From: the human T2T-CHM13v2.0 reference genome, Homo sapiens
Assembly: GCF_009914755.1 (NCBI RefSeq)
Contig: NC_060938.1
DNA length: 64,000 bases
Reading direction: 5' to 3' (one strand)
In this document: positions 1 to 13,110 of the stretch, piece by piece
Position numbering within the stretch: the first letter of the stretch is position 1
How the letters are laid out: each line of letters starts with the position of its first letter
Program-made: the position numbers and the translations under genes
The notes under the pieces: model-generated
Seen by the model: only the letters and a program-made list of their open reading frames with translations
What the model was told of the DNA's origin: nothing
Databases searched by the model: none

Positions 1-1420
1 TTTTCTTCTAGGGTGTTTATAGCTTTAGGTTTTACATTTAAGTCTTTAATCCATCTTGAATGGTTTTTGTATACTGTATAAGGAAGGGGTCCTGTTTCAG
101 TCTCCTGCATATAGCTAGCCAGTTATCCCAGCACTATTTATTGAATAGGGAGCCATTTCCTCCATACTTGTTATTGTCAGTTTTGCTAAAGACCAGATGG
201 TTGTAGGTGTGCGACTTTATTTCTGGTTTCTCTAACCTGTTCCATTGGCTTATGTGTCTGTTTTTGTACCAATACCACACTATTTTAGTTACTGTAGCCT
301 TGCAGTATAGTCTGAAATTGGGTAATGTGATGCCTACAGCTTTGTTTATTTCACTTGGATTGCTTTAGCTATTTGGGCTCCTTATTTGATTTTCTATGGA
401 TTCTAAAACAGCTTTTCCTAACTTTGTGAAATAAGTTTGGTAGTTTGATAGGAATAGCATTGAATTTGTAAATTGCTTTGTGAAGTAGAACTATTTTGAC
501 AATATTGATTCTTCCTATACATGAGCATGGAATATTTTTCCATTTGTTTATGTTGTCACTGATTTCTTTCAGCAGTGTTTTGTAATTCCCGTTGTATAGA
601 TATTTCACTTCCCTGTTTAGCTGTATTCCTAAGTATTTTATCCTGTCAGTGACAGTTGTGAATTGAATTGAGTTCTTGATTTGGACTTCAGGGATTTTTT
701 TTTTTTTTTGTATTTCTTTGGCATTGGTGGTAATGTCAACTTTGTCATTTCTGATTGTGTTTACTTGGGTCTTCTCTCTTTTTTATTAGTCAAGCTAATG
801 GTCTATCAATCTTATTTATTCTTTCAGATGACCAACTTTTGCTTTCTTTGATTTTTTTGTATGGATTTTTGCATCTCAATATTGTTCAATTCAGCTCTGA
901 TTTTTTTAAATATGTTTTCCTGACAGCTTTGAGGTTGGTTTGCTATTGTTTTTCTAGTTCTTCTAGGTGTGATGTTAAGTTGTTGATTTGAGAGCTTTCT
1001 AACTTTTTGATGTAGGCATTTAGTGCTATAAAATTTCCTCTTAACACTTCTGTAGTTATGTCCCAGAAATTCTGGTGTGTTGTATTTGTTGTCATTAGTT
1101 TCAAATAATTTCTTTATTTCTGCCTTAATTTCATTCTCTACTCAAAGATAATTCAGGAGTAGATTGTTTAATTTCCATGTAATTGTATGGGTTCAAAATA
1201 TCTTCTTGGGATTGATTTCTATTTTTGTTGTGCTGTAGTCTGAGAGTGTGGTTGATATGATTTTATTTTATTTGAATTTGCTAAGAATTGCTTTATAGCC
1301 AAGCATGTGGTCAATCTTACAGTATGTGCCATGTGCTAATGAGAAGAATACATTTTCTGTTGTTGTGTGGAGTGTTCCATAGATTTCTGTTAGTTCCATT
1401 TTGTCAAGTGTTGAGTTCAG
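1..1420 (-). mobile_element. Old LINE-1 ORF2 fragment (L1PB/late L1PA-like) with ~1 kb internal deletion
   Basis: 1-690 aligns by eye to 24866-25557 of the full-length L1 in this window, and 708-1420 aligns to ~26580-27300. ORF 369..608 ([35 protein letters not shown]) is degenerate ORF2p. Confidence 0.9.
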
Positions 1421-1563
1421 CTATTTGGAAGGCTGAGGTGGGAGGATTGTTTGAGCCCAGGTGATTGAGGTGGAAGTGAACCATGATTATGCCACTACAC
1501 CCTAGATCGAGTGACAGAGTGAGATCCTGTCCCCTAAAAAACATAAAATAAAGTAAAATAAAA
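1418..1563 (+). mobile_element. AluJ right-arm fragment
   Basis: CAGCTATTTGGAAGGCTGAGGTGGGAGGATTGTTTGAGCCCAGG...GTGACAGAGTGAGATCCTGTC followed by an A-rich tail. The left arm is absent. Confidence 0.85.
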
Positions 1564-2008
1564 TCCTTAGGAGCAAATTTAGCAAAGCATGTGAAAAATA
1601 TGTACACTGAAAACTATAAAGCACTGATGAAAGAAATTGGAGGATACACAAATAAATGAAAAGATAGCTTATGTTCATGGATTGAAATAATTAATATTGT
1701 TAAAATGCACATTACCCAAAACAATCTAATCTACAAATTGAATGAAATTTTGATGAATATTTCAATGTCATTTTTCACAGAAATAGAAAAAACAATGCTA
1801 AAATTTGTATGGAACCAGAAAGACCTTAAATAGGCAAAGCAATACTGAGCAAAAGGAACAAAGCTAGAAGCATCTTACTCTTTTATTTCAAAACAGCATG
1901 GTACTAGCATACAAACAGACACACAAGCCAATGGAACAGGATAGAAAGTCCAGAAATAAATCTAGGTATTTATGGTCAATTGAAATCTAGGTATTTATGG
2001 TCAAATGA

Positions 2009-2314
2009 TTTTTTTTTTTTTTTTTGAGGCAGTGTCTCGCTCTGTCACACAGGCTTGACTGCAGTGGTGTGATCATGGCTCACTGCAGTCTCAGTCTCCT
2101 GGATTCAAGTGATCCTTCCACCTGAGCCTCTTGAGTATCTGGGATACAGGTGCGTGTCACCATGCCCAGCTAATTTTTTTTTTTTTTTAGCTTTTGTAGT
2201 GATAGGGTCTCACTGAGTTGTACAGGCTTGTCTCGAACTCCTGAGCTCAAGCAATCTTCCCTCCTTGGCCTCCCAAAGTGCTGGGATTACAGGTGTGAAC
2301 CACCACACCCAACC
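2009..2314 (-). mobile_element. AluJ
   Basis: Poly-T, dimeric Alu body, J-type CTCCTGAGCTCAAGCAATC. TSD TGGTCAA(A/T)TGATTTT at 1998-2012 and 2315-2329. Confidence 0.93.
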
Positions 2315-3120
2315 TGGTCAATTGATTTTGACAAAGATGCCAAGAACAAACAATGGGAAAAGGACTGTCTCTTTAATAAATGGTGATAGGGAAACTAGAT
2401 ATTCACATGCAGAAGAATGAAATTGGACTCTTATCTCACCCCATATTCAAAAATCAGCTCAAAATACATGAAAGACATAAATGTAAGACATGAGACAGTA
2501 AAGCTACTAGAAGGAAACGTAGGGAGACATCTCCATGATATTGTTCTGGGTAATGATTTCTTGGATAGGACTCCAAGAGCACAGGCAACAAAAACAAAAG
2601 CAGACAAATGGAATTGCATCAACCCAAAAAGCACAGCATAAATAAAACAAAACAAAAGAAACAAACAAAAAACCAAAAACACACTCCAACACAAAACAAA
2701 ACAAAAAACAATACAGTGAAGAAACAACCCACAAATTGGGAGAAGATATTGGCAAACCATACATCTGATAAGGGGCTAATATCCAAAATATATAAGAAAC
2801 TCAACTCAGTAATAAGAAAACAAATAACCCAATTAAAATGGGCAAAGGATCTGAAAAACATTTCCCAAAACATGAAATATGAATAGCAAACAGATATGAA
2901 AAAAATGCTAAACATTTCTAATCATAAGGGAAATGTCAATGAAAACCACAATGAGTTACCACCTTACACCTGTGAGAATGCTATCATCAAAAACAAATGG
3001 TAAGTAATGGTGAGGATTTGGAGAAAAGGGAGCTTTTGTACGCTGTTGGTAGGAATGTAAATTAATACAACCATATTGGAAAATAGTGTGGATGTTCCTC
3101 ATAAATCTAAAAATAAAATC

Positions 3121-3549
3121 AATAAAAGAAAAACTTCAGCAGAATTAAATTTAAAGGAGTTTAATTGAGTAATGAACTATGTGCAAATTGGGCAGCCCTT
3201 AGAATCACAGCAAATTCACAGAGACTCCAGTGGAGCCAAGTGGTGAAAGAAGATTTATAGGTAAAAAAGGGAAATCATGTACAGAAATTGGCAGTGAGGT
3301 AAAGAAACAGGTGGATTTGTTACAGGTTGGAGTTTGCCTTATTTGAACACAGTTTGAACATTTAGCAGTCTGTGAGTGGTTGAAGTATGGCCATTTGGAT
3401 TGGCCAAGACTCAGTCATTGTTACAGGAGCATACTCCTAATTTAGGTTTTACTCTTGTCTGACTATTAAGCTAGGTTACAGTTCATCCACAAGGACTCAA
3501 ATATAGAAGTACAAAGTCCTTCTCAGGCCATATTTAGTTTTCCTTAACA
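3121..3549 (-). mobile_element. ERV1 solo LTR, MER57A-like
   Basis: Ends ...GGACTCAAATATAGAAGTACAAAGTCCTTCTCAGGCCATATTTAGTTTTCCTTAACA, the reverse complement of the recalled MER57A start. It interrupts the L1MA, which resumes afterwards. Confidence 0.8.
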
Positions 3550-5529
3550 GGATTACTATACGCTTCAGCAATCTCACTTCTGAGTATACATCTAGAGGTA
3601 TTGAAATTAGTATATCAAAGAGATAGATGCACTCTCATGTTCATTACAACATTATTCACAATAGCTACCTTATAAAGCCAACCTAAGTGTCCATCAACTG
3701 ATGAATGGATAAAGATGTGATATATACACAATGGTATACTATACAACTTTAAAAAAGAAAAATTTCTGTTACTGTTACAACACGGATGGAACTTGAGGAC
3801 ATTATGTTAAGTGAAATAAGCCAGGTGCAGAAAGACGGATACTATTTGATCTCACTTATATGTGGAATCTGAAAAAATTGATTTGGTAGAAACAGTAGAA
3901 AGGTGGTTACCAGAGGCTTGAGGGATGGTGGAGAGATAGTGGGGAAGGTGTTGATCAAAGGACGCAGAGTTTCAGGTAGACTGTAGGAATGCATTTCAGC
4001 GATCTACTGCATTGCATGGCAACCACATTTAATAATAATATATTGCATATTTCAAAACTGGTAAGATATATTGTTTATGCTCTCACTACACAGAAGAAAA
4101 GATAAATTGGTGAGGTGATGGATATATTAATTAGCTTGATTGAATCTTTCTACAATGTATACATAGATCAAAACACCACATGGTACTCCATAAATATAAA
4201 AAATTATTATTTGTCAATTAAAGAAAAAAGAAAATATGCATCATTACCATTGAGAAAATGAAGCAATTCCTTTAAAGACTGGAGAATGAAACATTTCAAA
4301 TTATTTCCTGGTTATTTATTTATCCTCTTTCAAGCCATGTTTTCATTACTTATCAGTTTTTATTTTAAAATACATCTATCATTAATTTGTTATCTCAGTA
4401 AGAAAGGTGTTTATTATCTTTGTTCCCAATGTCCTGATTTAATATTCATTCTTGTCAAATAGTTTGGTCATGGCTCAGATGCTACTGTGAAATTGAAAAG
4501 AGTACAGCATTGTTCTGCTATGCTTTTGAAAAACTGTTGTATCTTTTATATTAGGTAAATAGACACAGTTCCAAAAGGGGATATAATTTTTATTCTAATT
4601 CTTTTCATACTGATGTTACATAAAGCATGTCCTGAGAGCCAAGAATGAACAAGAACTGCTTCTTAAAGAAGGAAGGATAAAGCAAGACAAAGACATCAAA
4701 GCCATTGCCATTACATTTTATCCTGAAAGAAACAAGAAATTACCAGGAAAGATCAGAATTCAACTGAAAGGGGTTACTGTTACAATTCCTACTGAGAGTT
4801 TCAAAAGGCAGCAGAAATTTTTCAGGGGAGGAGATATATTTATCCAATGGACAATGGGTCTGTGAAATTCTCTAGGTAATGCAAACAAAAGGCAGGGACT
4901 TTAATGCACCTACTGTGTACCTGATGTTTTAAACTTCCATAGGGAAACATCTAACAATGCACAAAGTAAAAAATATCTAATGCCAAATTTTGAATAACTT
5001 TAAAGGTGCTTTCAAGATTCCTCAAAGTACAGCTTCAAGTTCAAAGTGAACTCAGTGAGAACTTGTTTCACTAAGAACCAACATCAGTATCAACCAGAAA
5101 CAGTGGATTGTTAGGTCTAAGTTTTCCCATGGTGCCAAGCATTGAAGAAACATTTTTTGTTATTTTGTAACCAATACTTTAAAACTCCTGCTCTCAGTGT
5201 AAGGCACTGTTGTAGAGAATGTAGAAGATTCAAAAGTGTTTGAGGTAATTATTCTGCCCTTAGGAAAAAAAGGAGTACAAAATAGGAATTGTTGACATAT
5301 TTAAGAATATTTATCAAAAAATTAAACACAATCAATGACTTATAATGAGAATTAAAATATACTATAGTTTTAGCTTCAAGAAATATTTTATTCTAACTGC
5401 ATAGCTGATTACTCTTCTGCGATCTTGTATGAAAACTCCCCCCCGACCCCCAACTGCCGCCATAACTCGCCCTGTATTGTGTGTATCCTGGGGATCCCAG
5501 CACCATTGAAGAGCATAGAACAATTGTGA

Positions 5530-5720
5530 GCTCAGGCTCGGAATGAGGAACTTGGGTTAGAATACTTCCCTCAGTACTTGTGATTTGAACAGATCCCATA
5601 ATCCCCCTCTACCTCAATTTTCTATTCTGTAAAGTGGGAATAATAAGGCAGAATTTACAACAAGGATTTACACTTGTAAAGCGTTTAGCAAATTGCCTAG
5701 CCATCATACTAAGTTGTGGT
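5530..5720 (+). mobile_element. MIR fragment
   Basis: MIR core-like CCTCAATTTTCTATTCTGTAAAGTGGGAATAATAA...TGTAAAGCGTTTAGCAAATTGCCTAGC. Confidence 0.65.
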
Positions 5721-5759
5721 TTATTATTTTTTAAAAAAAATATAAATCAAATAATATTA

Positions 5760-6345
5760 CACCTCTGTTTAAAACTAATTGGTTTCCACTGCACTTAGAA
5801 CCAAAATTGCTTCTTAGCCCTTAAGATCACCTCCAATACCTTACAAAATTTGTCCTTCACTTGTCTTTCTTAGTGACATTTTGTACAACTTTTTCCCTAC
5901 GTTTTGAACTTCCCAGGAATTCTAGGCTTCTTCCTGTAACCGGATGATGCTAAGCATCCTTCATCTAGGGATCTTTAAACTTGTTTTCTCTTCTAGCTAC
6001 AAAAACACTTCAACAAGATAGTTGAGTGACTACTTCATTTCTGTTCTTACATGGATCATTTTCAGTTTTAGTATCAATGCCACTTCCTTAGTCAAGCCTT
6101 ACTTGGCCCTCATATGTATGTACACTTGAAGTTATTATCTTTAATTATGTCTCTTTCAGTCACTCTTTATCTTCATTACTTCACTTAACAGTTAAATTCA
6201 ACTTGTTTACTTATCTTTGTCTTCCTTAACTAGAGGAAGAACCCGTAAAGGAAGGGCTTTGTCTTTCCACTAAAATACTCTATCCCCAATTCCTGTAAAA
6301 GTGCCTCACACATAGAGATGTTCAAAAAAATTTCAGAGAACTGAA
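5760..6345 (+). mobile_element. L2 3' end fragment
   Basis: L2a-like terminus AAAGTGCCTCACACATAGAGATGTTCAAAAAAATTTC..GAACTGAA. Confidence 0.6.
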
Positions 6346-6512
6346 CACATTTATTTTTATGGATGACAAGTCCTGTGCTGCCTAAACCTATCTCTGAAGA
6401 AAAAGTATATGAATAAGAATTATTTATTTTATTGATGGCATCTGGAATTTCAACATACTTTCTTTAAATGAATAAAAGTTTTGAATTTTAAAGTGTACTG
6501 TAGTTACGTATA

Positions 6513-6649
6513 AGCATTGGGAGATATACTTAATGCTAGATGACGAGTTAGTGGGTGCAGCGCACCAGCATGGCACATGTATACATATGTAACTAACCTG
6601 CACAATGTGCACATGTACCCTAAAACTTAAAGTATAATAATAAAAAAAA
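6513..6649 (+). mobile_element. Severely 5'-truncated young L1 (L1PA2-type 3' end, ~137 bp)
   Basis: AGCATTGGGAGATATACTTAATGCTAGATGACGAGTTAGTGGGTGCAGCGCACCAGCATGGC...AAAGTATAATAATAAAAAAAA. It has the GAG diagnostic rather than ACA. Confidence 0.93.
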
Positions 6650-7040
6650 GAATGAACAAATACAGACAAGATTTACTGACACTCACTATTTGTACCTCAA
6701 TTATAGACCTTAATTATTAAGTTATAATTTTGTATCTTAGTTATTACCTAGTTACTACAAAAAATTGAAATGCGTTTGGAGTTTTAAAATCATAAGTCCT
6801 GTACTTTATGTTCAGAAAAAATACTAACCCAAATGTTACTTAGACTTGAAGTTGAGAAAGAAAAGTAGCTGAGAGTGTTATTGGACTGAACTGGGATCCA
6901 TTCACCCAGCACAGCAAAAACAAACATTGGCATCAGGACTGCAGCTAGAAGTGACGCATCTATTGCAAGGCATCAAGCAGTGAGAATCAGGCACCAGGGA
7001 TGCTTAAGACGCAAATGCTTAAGACTCAAACTCCCTAATG

Positions 7041-9721
7041 CAGCAGTTCCCAGCTTTCTTAGCACCAGGGACGGGTTTTGCAGAAGACAATTTCTCCATG
7101 GACTGAGGAGTGGGGGATGGTTTTGGGATGATTCAAGAACATTATATTTATTGTGCGCTTTATATCTATTATTACTACATTGTCATATATAATGAAATAG
7201 TTATACAACTCACCATAATGTAGAATCAGTGGGGGCCCTGAGCTTGTTTTCCTGAAACTAGACGGTCCCATCTGAGGGTGATGGGAGACAGTGACACCTG
7301 AAGTGTGTTGCTTATGTCCAGTCTACTCTGTTATCTCATTGTGGTTTCTGTCACTGCAGAAAACTCTGCTTCACAAAGAAAGAATGTTGGAAATGGAAGC
7401 AGGCTTTACAGTGCTTTTGTGGCAATCACAGGATATTCCTCCTTGATGATTAGGATTTGAAGTTGTCTGGAACGTACTTTTAAGGCCACTGTCATTTGTG
7501 ATCTCAAGCAGTTGATCCTCTTCTGGCACAGGCAAAATCAATTCATCTGGCTTACTCACAAATGGGTCACTGATCCATTCTTTCCCAGTTTGGCAGTCTT
7601 TTGTGTTTGGGAAGTAATGTTCAAACTCTTTTGAAAGATGAGATAGGTGATCATGCACCAGCTAGGAGAAAGAAGGCCTTGGCTCAGTCTCTTTCAAAAT
7701 ATCTGCCAATGTTTGAAATTGTCAAATATTCCAATGTTCACTTGTCGCCCCCATAATTCCAGTTTGGCTTTAAACGCAGCCACTTTATCTGCTGACTTGA
7801 ACACAGCTTTCATTCTCCCCTGAAGTGACAGATTGAGTTCATTCAGCAAGTTGAATATGTGACACAGGTAAGCAAGTTTTGCAACCCATTCTGTGTCACT
7901 GAAATGTGCTGCCAGTGGTTACTGTTTTTCTAAAAATATCTCTGGAGCAGCTCTCATAACTCAAAAACTCTGGCCAGTGATCTACCTTTAGAAAGTCATT
8001 TCACATCTGTGTGTAAGAGATGTGTGTGCTCTGTGTCCATCTCCTCACAGAGCTGCGCCAACAGACATGAGTTAAAAGCATATACTTTAATGTTGTTGAT
8101 AGTTTTAATAGCATCCTGCAAAATGTCATTAAGTTTAGGTGACATTTTTGAGGTAGCTAGGATTTCTCTATGGCAGTCACAGTGCACAGACTCACATTCA
8201 GAAGTGACTTCTTTGATCTGAGTAGTGAAACCAGAAAGCCATCCAGCCATGGCAGCCTCTCTGTACATGCATATACCAACACAAAATGACCAATACAGTT
8301 TTCCTAATATGTAATTATTCAAAGACTTGAATAGTTCTGCAGCTGTGGTGTTGTTTGGCAACAAAAGTGCACAGAACATATCCTCATGCATATCCTCCTG
8401 AAAAATATATTGCATGAAAACAAACAAGCATTGTTGCCTTGTTGTCAATATCTATAGAATTGTCAACCTGGATTAAATACCACAGTGACTCATTAATTCT
8501 CTCTAAAAACTGTGCCTCAATATCCTCTGCTAGTTCATCAATTCATTTAGCTATGGTGCTAGATAGAAGAGGAACATGTGCCACCTTTTGAACTGTAGCC
8601 TCTCCTAACGTTTAACCACAAATGTCCTTAGCAGCCGGCAGGATGAACTCTTCACCAATAGGAAAGGATTTCTTAGCTTTAGCAATGCAGTTAGCCACTA
8701 GGAATTATGCTTTCAGTGCAGACACATTTGATGAAGTGGTGGTCTTCAATAACTGCTTCTGTTATTTGTGTTCACATTTTTTCTTTTGAAAAACTCCAAA
8801 GGCTTGTCTTTTATTGCAGGGTCCTTGGTCTCCATGTGACAAAGCAGTTTTGAAGGTTACAGGGCTTCATTGGATAGCCAGTTGTCACGTATTTTACAAA
8901 GTGGCCTTGGAGAACGTGAATCACCTGTTGCAATGAACCCATAATTTAAGTAGGACTTGGTGTTTTCTTTTAAATGCAGCTTTCTTTTTGTTGGCAGTCT
9001 TAGAGTCTTCTGCTGTCTCATCATTGGGTGTTTACCCCTTTTCAAAGAAGCTCTCCAGTGATGTTTGGTTCTTACTCATTTTGGCCAGACTTAGCTTGTG
9101 GGAACCAAAACTGTGACTAAGGCAAGTGCACAGTGTGGGAAAGAGACACAGATGAAAGTGGTAAATAAAATAATGGGTGGACCATGTCGAGACAAAAATG
9201 AGTATCAGGTTCTGACTTAAATCCTGCCACCAGATGCAGCTGTGAAATTGAAGTACACCAACTCACTTGCCACTACAAAGCTGCCACTAGATGCAGTTTA
9301 AATGCCACTTGCTACTCACTGATAGGGTTTTGATCTGTGTCTCCAAGCAATTGATTTATTATGGTTTCTGTGCAGTTAAAAATCTCTGCTAATGTTAATC
9401 TGTATTTGCAGCCACTCCCCAGTGCTGCATCACCACCTTGGGTCCACCTTAGATCATCTGGCATTAGATTCTCATAAGAAGAGTCCAACCTAGATCCCTT
9501 GCATTCGCAGTTCACAATATGGTTCGTGCTCCTATGAGAACCTAATGCCACTGCTGATCTGACAGGAGGCAGAGCTCAGGTGGTAATGAAAGTGATTGGC
9601 AGTGGTTGTAAGAACAGATGAAACTTTACTAGCTTACCCATCTTTAACCTCCTGTTGTGTGGCTCATTTCTAATGAGCCACAGACCAGTATTAGTCTGTG
9701 GTCTGAGGGTTGTGGTCCCTT
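7041..9721 (-). mobile_element. Near full-length Charlie3 (hAT-Charlie; autonomous partner of MER1) DNA transposon
   Basis: MER1-type ends (CAGCAGTTCCCAGCTTTCTTAGCACCAGGGAC... and ...GAGGGTTGTGGTCCCTT), 2,681 bp, 8-bp TSD CCCTAATG (7033-7040) / CACTAATG (9722-9729), internal transposase remnants. Confidence 0.9.
7295..9079 (-). pseudogene. Degenerate hAT (Charlie) transposase
   Basis: ATG at 9079 (MSKNQTSLESFFEKG). BED-finger region YLNYGFIATGDSRSPRPLC; core LPNNTTAAELFKSLNNYI..CVGIC..AAMAG; CxxH region HCDCHRE; C-terminal LLPFPTFFLCEAEFSA. Multiple stops and frameshifts. Confidence 0.85.
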
Positions 9722-9891
9722 CACTAATGGCTCATTGATAAGGGGTTTCAGAGGCAGAGATGCAGAGGTTATAGGCAAAGTCATAATTCAATATATGGCA
9801 GCTATAAATTATTTTGAACTAAAAAGGTGGCATATCTTGAAGCAGAAAGGAGACCTACAGATTATAGGTGGAGTCAAAGATTTTCTGCTTT

Positions 9892-10702
<811 letters not shown>

Positions 10703-10821
10703 ATTTGATACTGGTTCAGAGGCAAAGCTTTGTCTAAACATTTGAGATCAACTGAAAAGAATATTAGTTCTTGCCCAGGGCATGATCTCCTCCAGGCCCC
10801 TCAGGAAGAAACAAAGAACAG

Positions 10822-13110
10822 TGTATTAGTCCATTTTCATGCTGCTGATAATGACATACCTAAGACTGGGCAATTTACAAAAGAAAGAGGTTTAATTGGA
10901 CTTACAGATCCACGTGGCTGGGGAAGACTCACAATAATGGCAGAAGGCAAGGGCAAGCAAGTCATGTCTTACATGGATGGCAGCTGGCAAAGAGGATAAC
11001 TTGTGCAGAGGAACTCCACTTTGTAAAACCCTCAGATCTTGTGAGACTTTTTCACTATCATGAGAACAGCATGGGAAAGACTTGCCCCTATGATTCAACT
11101 ACCTCCCACTGGGTCTATCCCACAACACATGGGAATTCAAGATGAGATTTTGGTGGGGACACCATCAAACCATATCACTCTACTCCTGGCCCCTCCCAAA
11201 TCTCATGTTCTCACATTACAAAACCAATCATGCCTTTCCAACAGTCCCCCAAAGTCTTAACTCGTTCCAGCATTAACTCAAAAGTCCACACTTCAAAGTC
11301 TCATCCGAGACAAGGCATGTCCCTTCCACCTAGGAGCCTGTAAAATCAAAAGCAGGTTAGTTACTTCCTAGATACAATGAGGTTACAGGCATTGGGTAAA
11401 CACAGCTATCCTAAATGGGAGAAATTGGCAAAATAAAGGGGCTACATGCCCCATGCAAGTCCAAAATCCAGCAGGGCAGTCAAATCTTAAACTTCCAAAA
11501 TGATCTTCTCTGACTCCATGTCTCACATTCAGGTCATGCTGGTGCAAATGGTGGGTTCCCATGGCCTTGGAAAGCTCCACACCAGTGGCTTTGCAGGATA
11601 CAGCCTCCCTTCCAGCTCCTTTCGTGGACTGGCATTGAGTGTCTGAGGTTTTTCCAGGTGCACAGTGCAAGCTGTCAGTGGATCTATCATTCTGGGGTCT
11701 AGAGAACGGTGGTCCTCTTCTTACCACTTCTTACCACTAGGTGGTACCCTAGTAGGGACTCTGTGTGAGGGCTCCAACCCTACATTTCGCTTCTGCACTG
11801 CTCTAGCAGAGGTTCTCCATGAGAGCCCCACCCCTGTGGTAAACTTCTGCCTGGACATCCAAGCATTTCTATGCATCTTCTGAAATCTAGGTGGAGGTTC
11901 CCAAACCCCAATCTTGACTTCTGTGTACTGGAAGCTCAACATCAAGTGGAAGCTGCCAAGGCTTGAGGCTTGCACCGTCTGAAGCTACAGCCTGAGCTCT
12001 ACATTGGCCCCTTTTAGCCATGACTGGAGTAGCTGGGACACAGGGCATCAAGTCCCTAGGCTGCACACAGCATGGGTACCCTTGGCCTAGCCAATGAAAC
12101 CACTTTTTCCTCTTAGGCCTCCAGGTCTGTGATTAAAGGGGCTGACATGAAGACCTATGGCATGCCCTGAAGACATTTTCCCCATTGTCTTGGGGATTAA
12201 CATTCAGCTCCTTGTTACTTTTGCAAATTTCTGCAGCCAGCTTAAATTTCTCCTCAGAAAATGGGATTTTTCTCTTCTATCACATTGTCAGGCTGCAAAT
12301 TTTCCAAACTTTTATGCTCTGCTTCTCTTATAAAACCGAATGCCTTTAGCAGCACCCAAGTCACCTCTTGAATGCTTTGCTGCTTAGAAATTTCTTCTGT
12401 CAGATACACTAAATCATCTCTCTCAAGTTCAAATTCCACCAATTTCTAGGATGGGGTGAAATGTTGCCAGTCTGTTTGCTAAAACATAACAAGTGTTATC
12501 TTTGCTTCAGTTTGCAACAACTTCCTCATCTCCATCTGTGACCACCTCAGCCTGGACCATATTTTTCATATAACTATCAGCATTTTTGTCATAGCCATTC
12601 AGCAAGTCTCTAGGAAGTTCCAAACTTTCCCACATTTTCCTGTCTTCTTCTGAGCCCTCCAAACTGTTCCAACCTCTGCCTGTTACCTAGTTCCAATGTC
12701 ACTTCCACATTTTCAGGTAAATTTTCAGCAGTGCCCCACTCTACTGGTACCAATTTACTGTATTAGTCCATTTTCATGCTGCCGATAAAGACATACCTGA
12801 GACTGGGCAATTTACAAAAGAAAGAGGTTTAATTGAACTTACAGTTCCATGTGGCTGGGGAAGCTTCACAATCATGGTGGAAGACAAGGAGGAGCAAGTC
12901 ACGTCTTACATGGATGGCAACAGGCAAAGCAAAAGAACTGGTGCAGGGAAACTCCTCTTTTTAAAACTATCAGATCTCATAAGGTCTGATTCACTACCAT
13001 GAAAACAGCATGAGAAAGACTTGCCCCCATGATTAAATTACCTCCCACTGGGTCCATAACACGTGGGAATTCAAGATAGATTTGGGTAGGGATACAGCCA
13101 AACCATATCA
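10822..13110 (-). mobile_element. Complete THE1A (ERVL-MaLR) element: LTR 10822-11177, internal 11178-12758, LTR 12759-13110
   Basis: Two ~355-bp direct repeats TGTATTAGTCCATTTTCATGCTG...AAACCATATCA around a ~1.58-kb THE1 internal region. Perfect 5-bp TSD AACAG (10817-10821, 13111-13115). Confidence 0.93.

Larger units (their letters stand above)
1564..4234 (+). mobile_element. L1MA-type LINE-1 3' portion (ORF2 C-terminus + 3'UTR), interrupted by an Alu and an LTR
   Basis: Degenerate ORF2p peptides (MKLDSYLTPYSKI.., KKQPTNWEKILANHTSDKGLISKIYK). L1MA-type 3'UTR ends TTTGTCAATTAAAGAAAAAAG. Confidence 0.88.

Noticed and set aside
4614-4865. ~83-codon stop-free frame (KNEQELLLKEGRIKQDK...) as an exon
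   Set aside because: No upstream start codon, no convincing splice sites and no recognised homology; compatible with chance.
7996-8448. 150-aa transposase ORF as a domesticated ZBED-type gene
   Set aside because: It lies in a TIR/TSD-bounded fossil with many stops and frameshifts and a mutated catalytic motif.
11178-12758. ORFs in THE1/MST internal regions as retroviral genes
   Set aside because: Short, interrupted MaLR internal remnants with no pol or env motifs.
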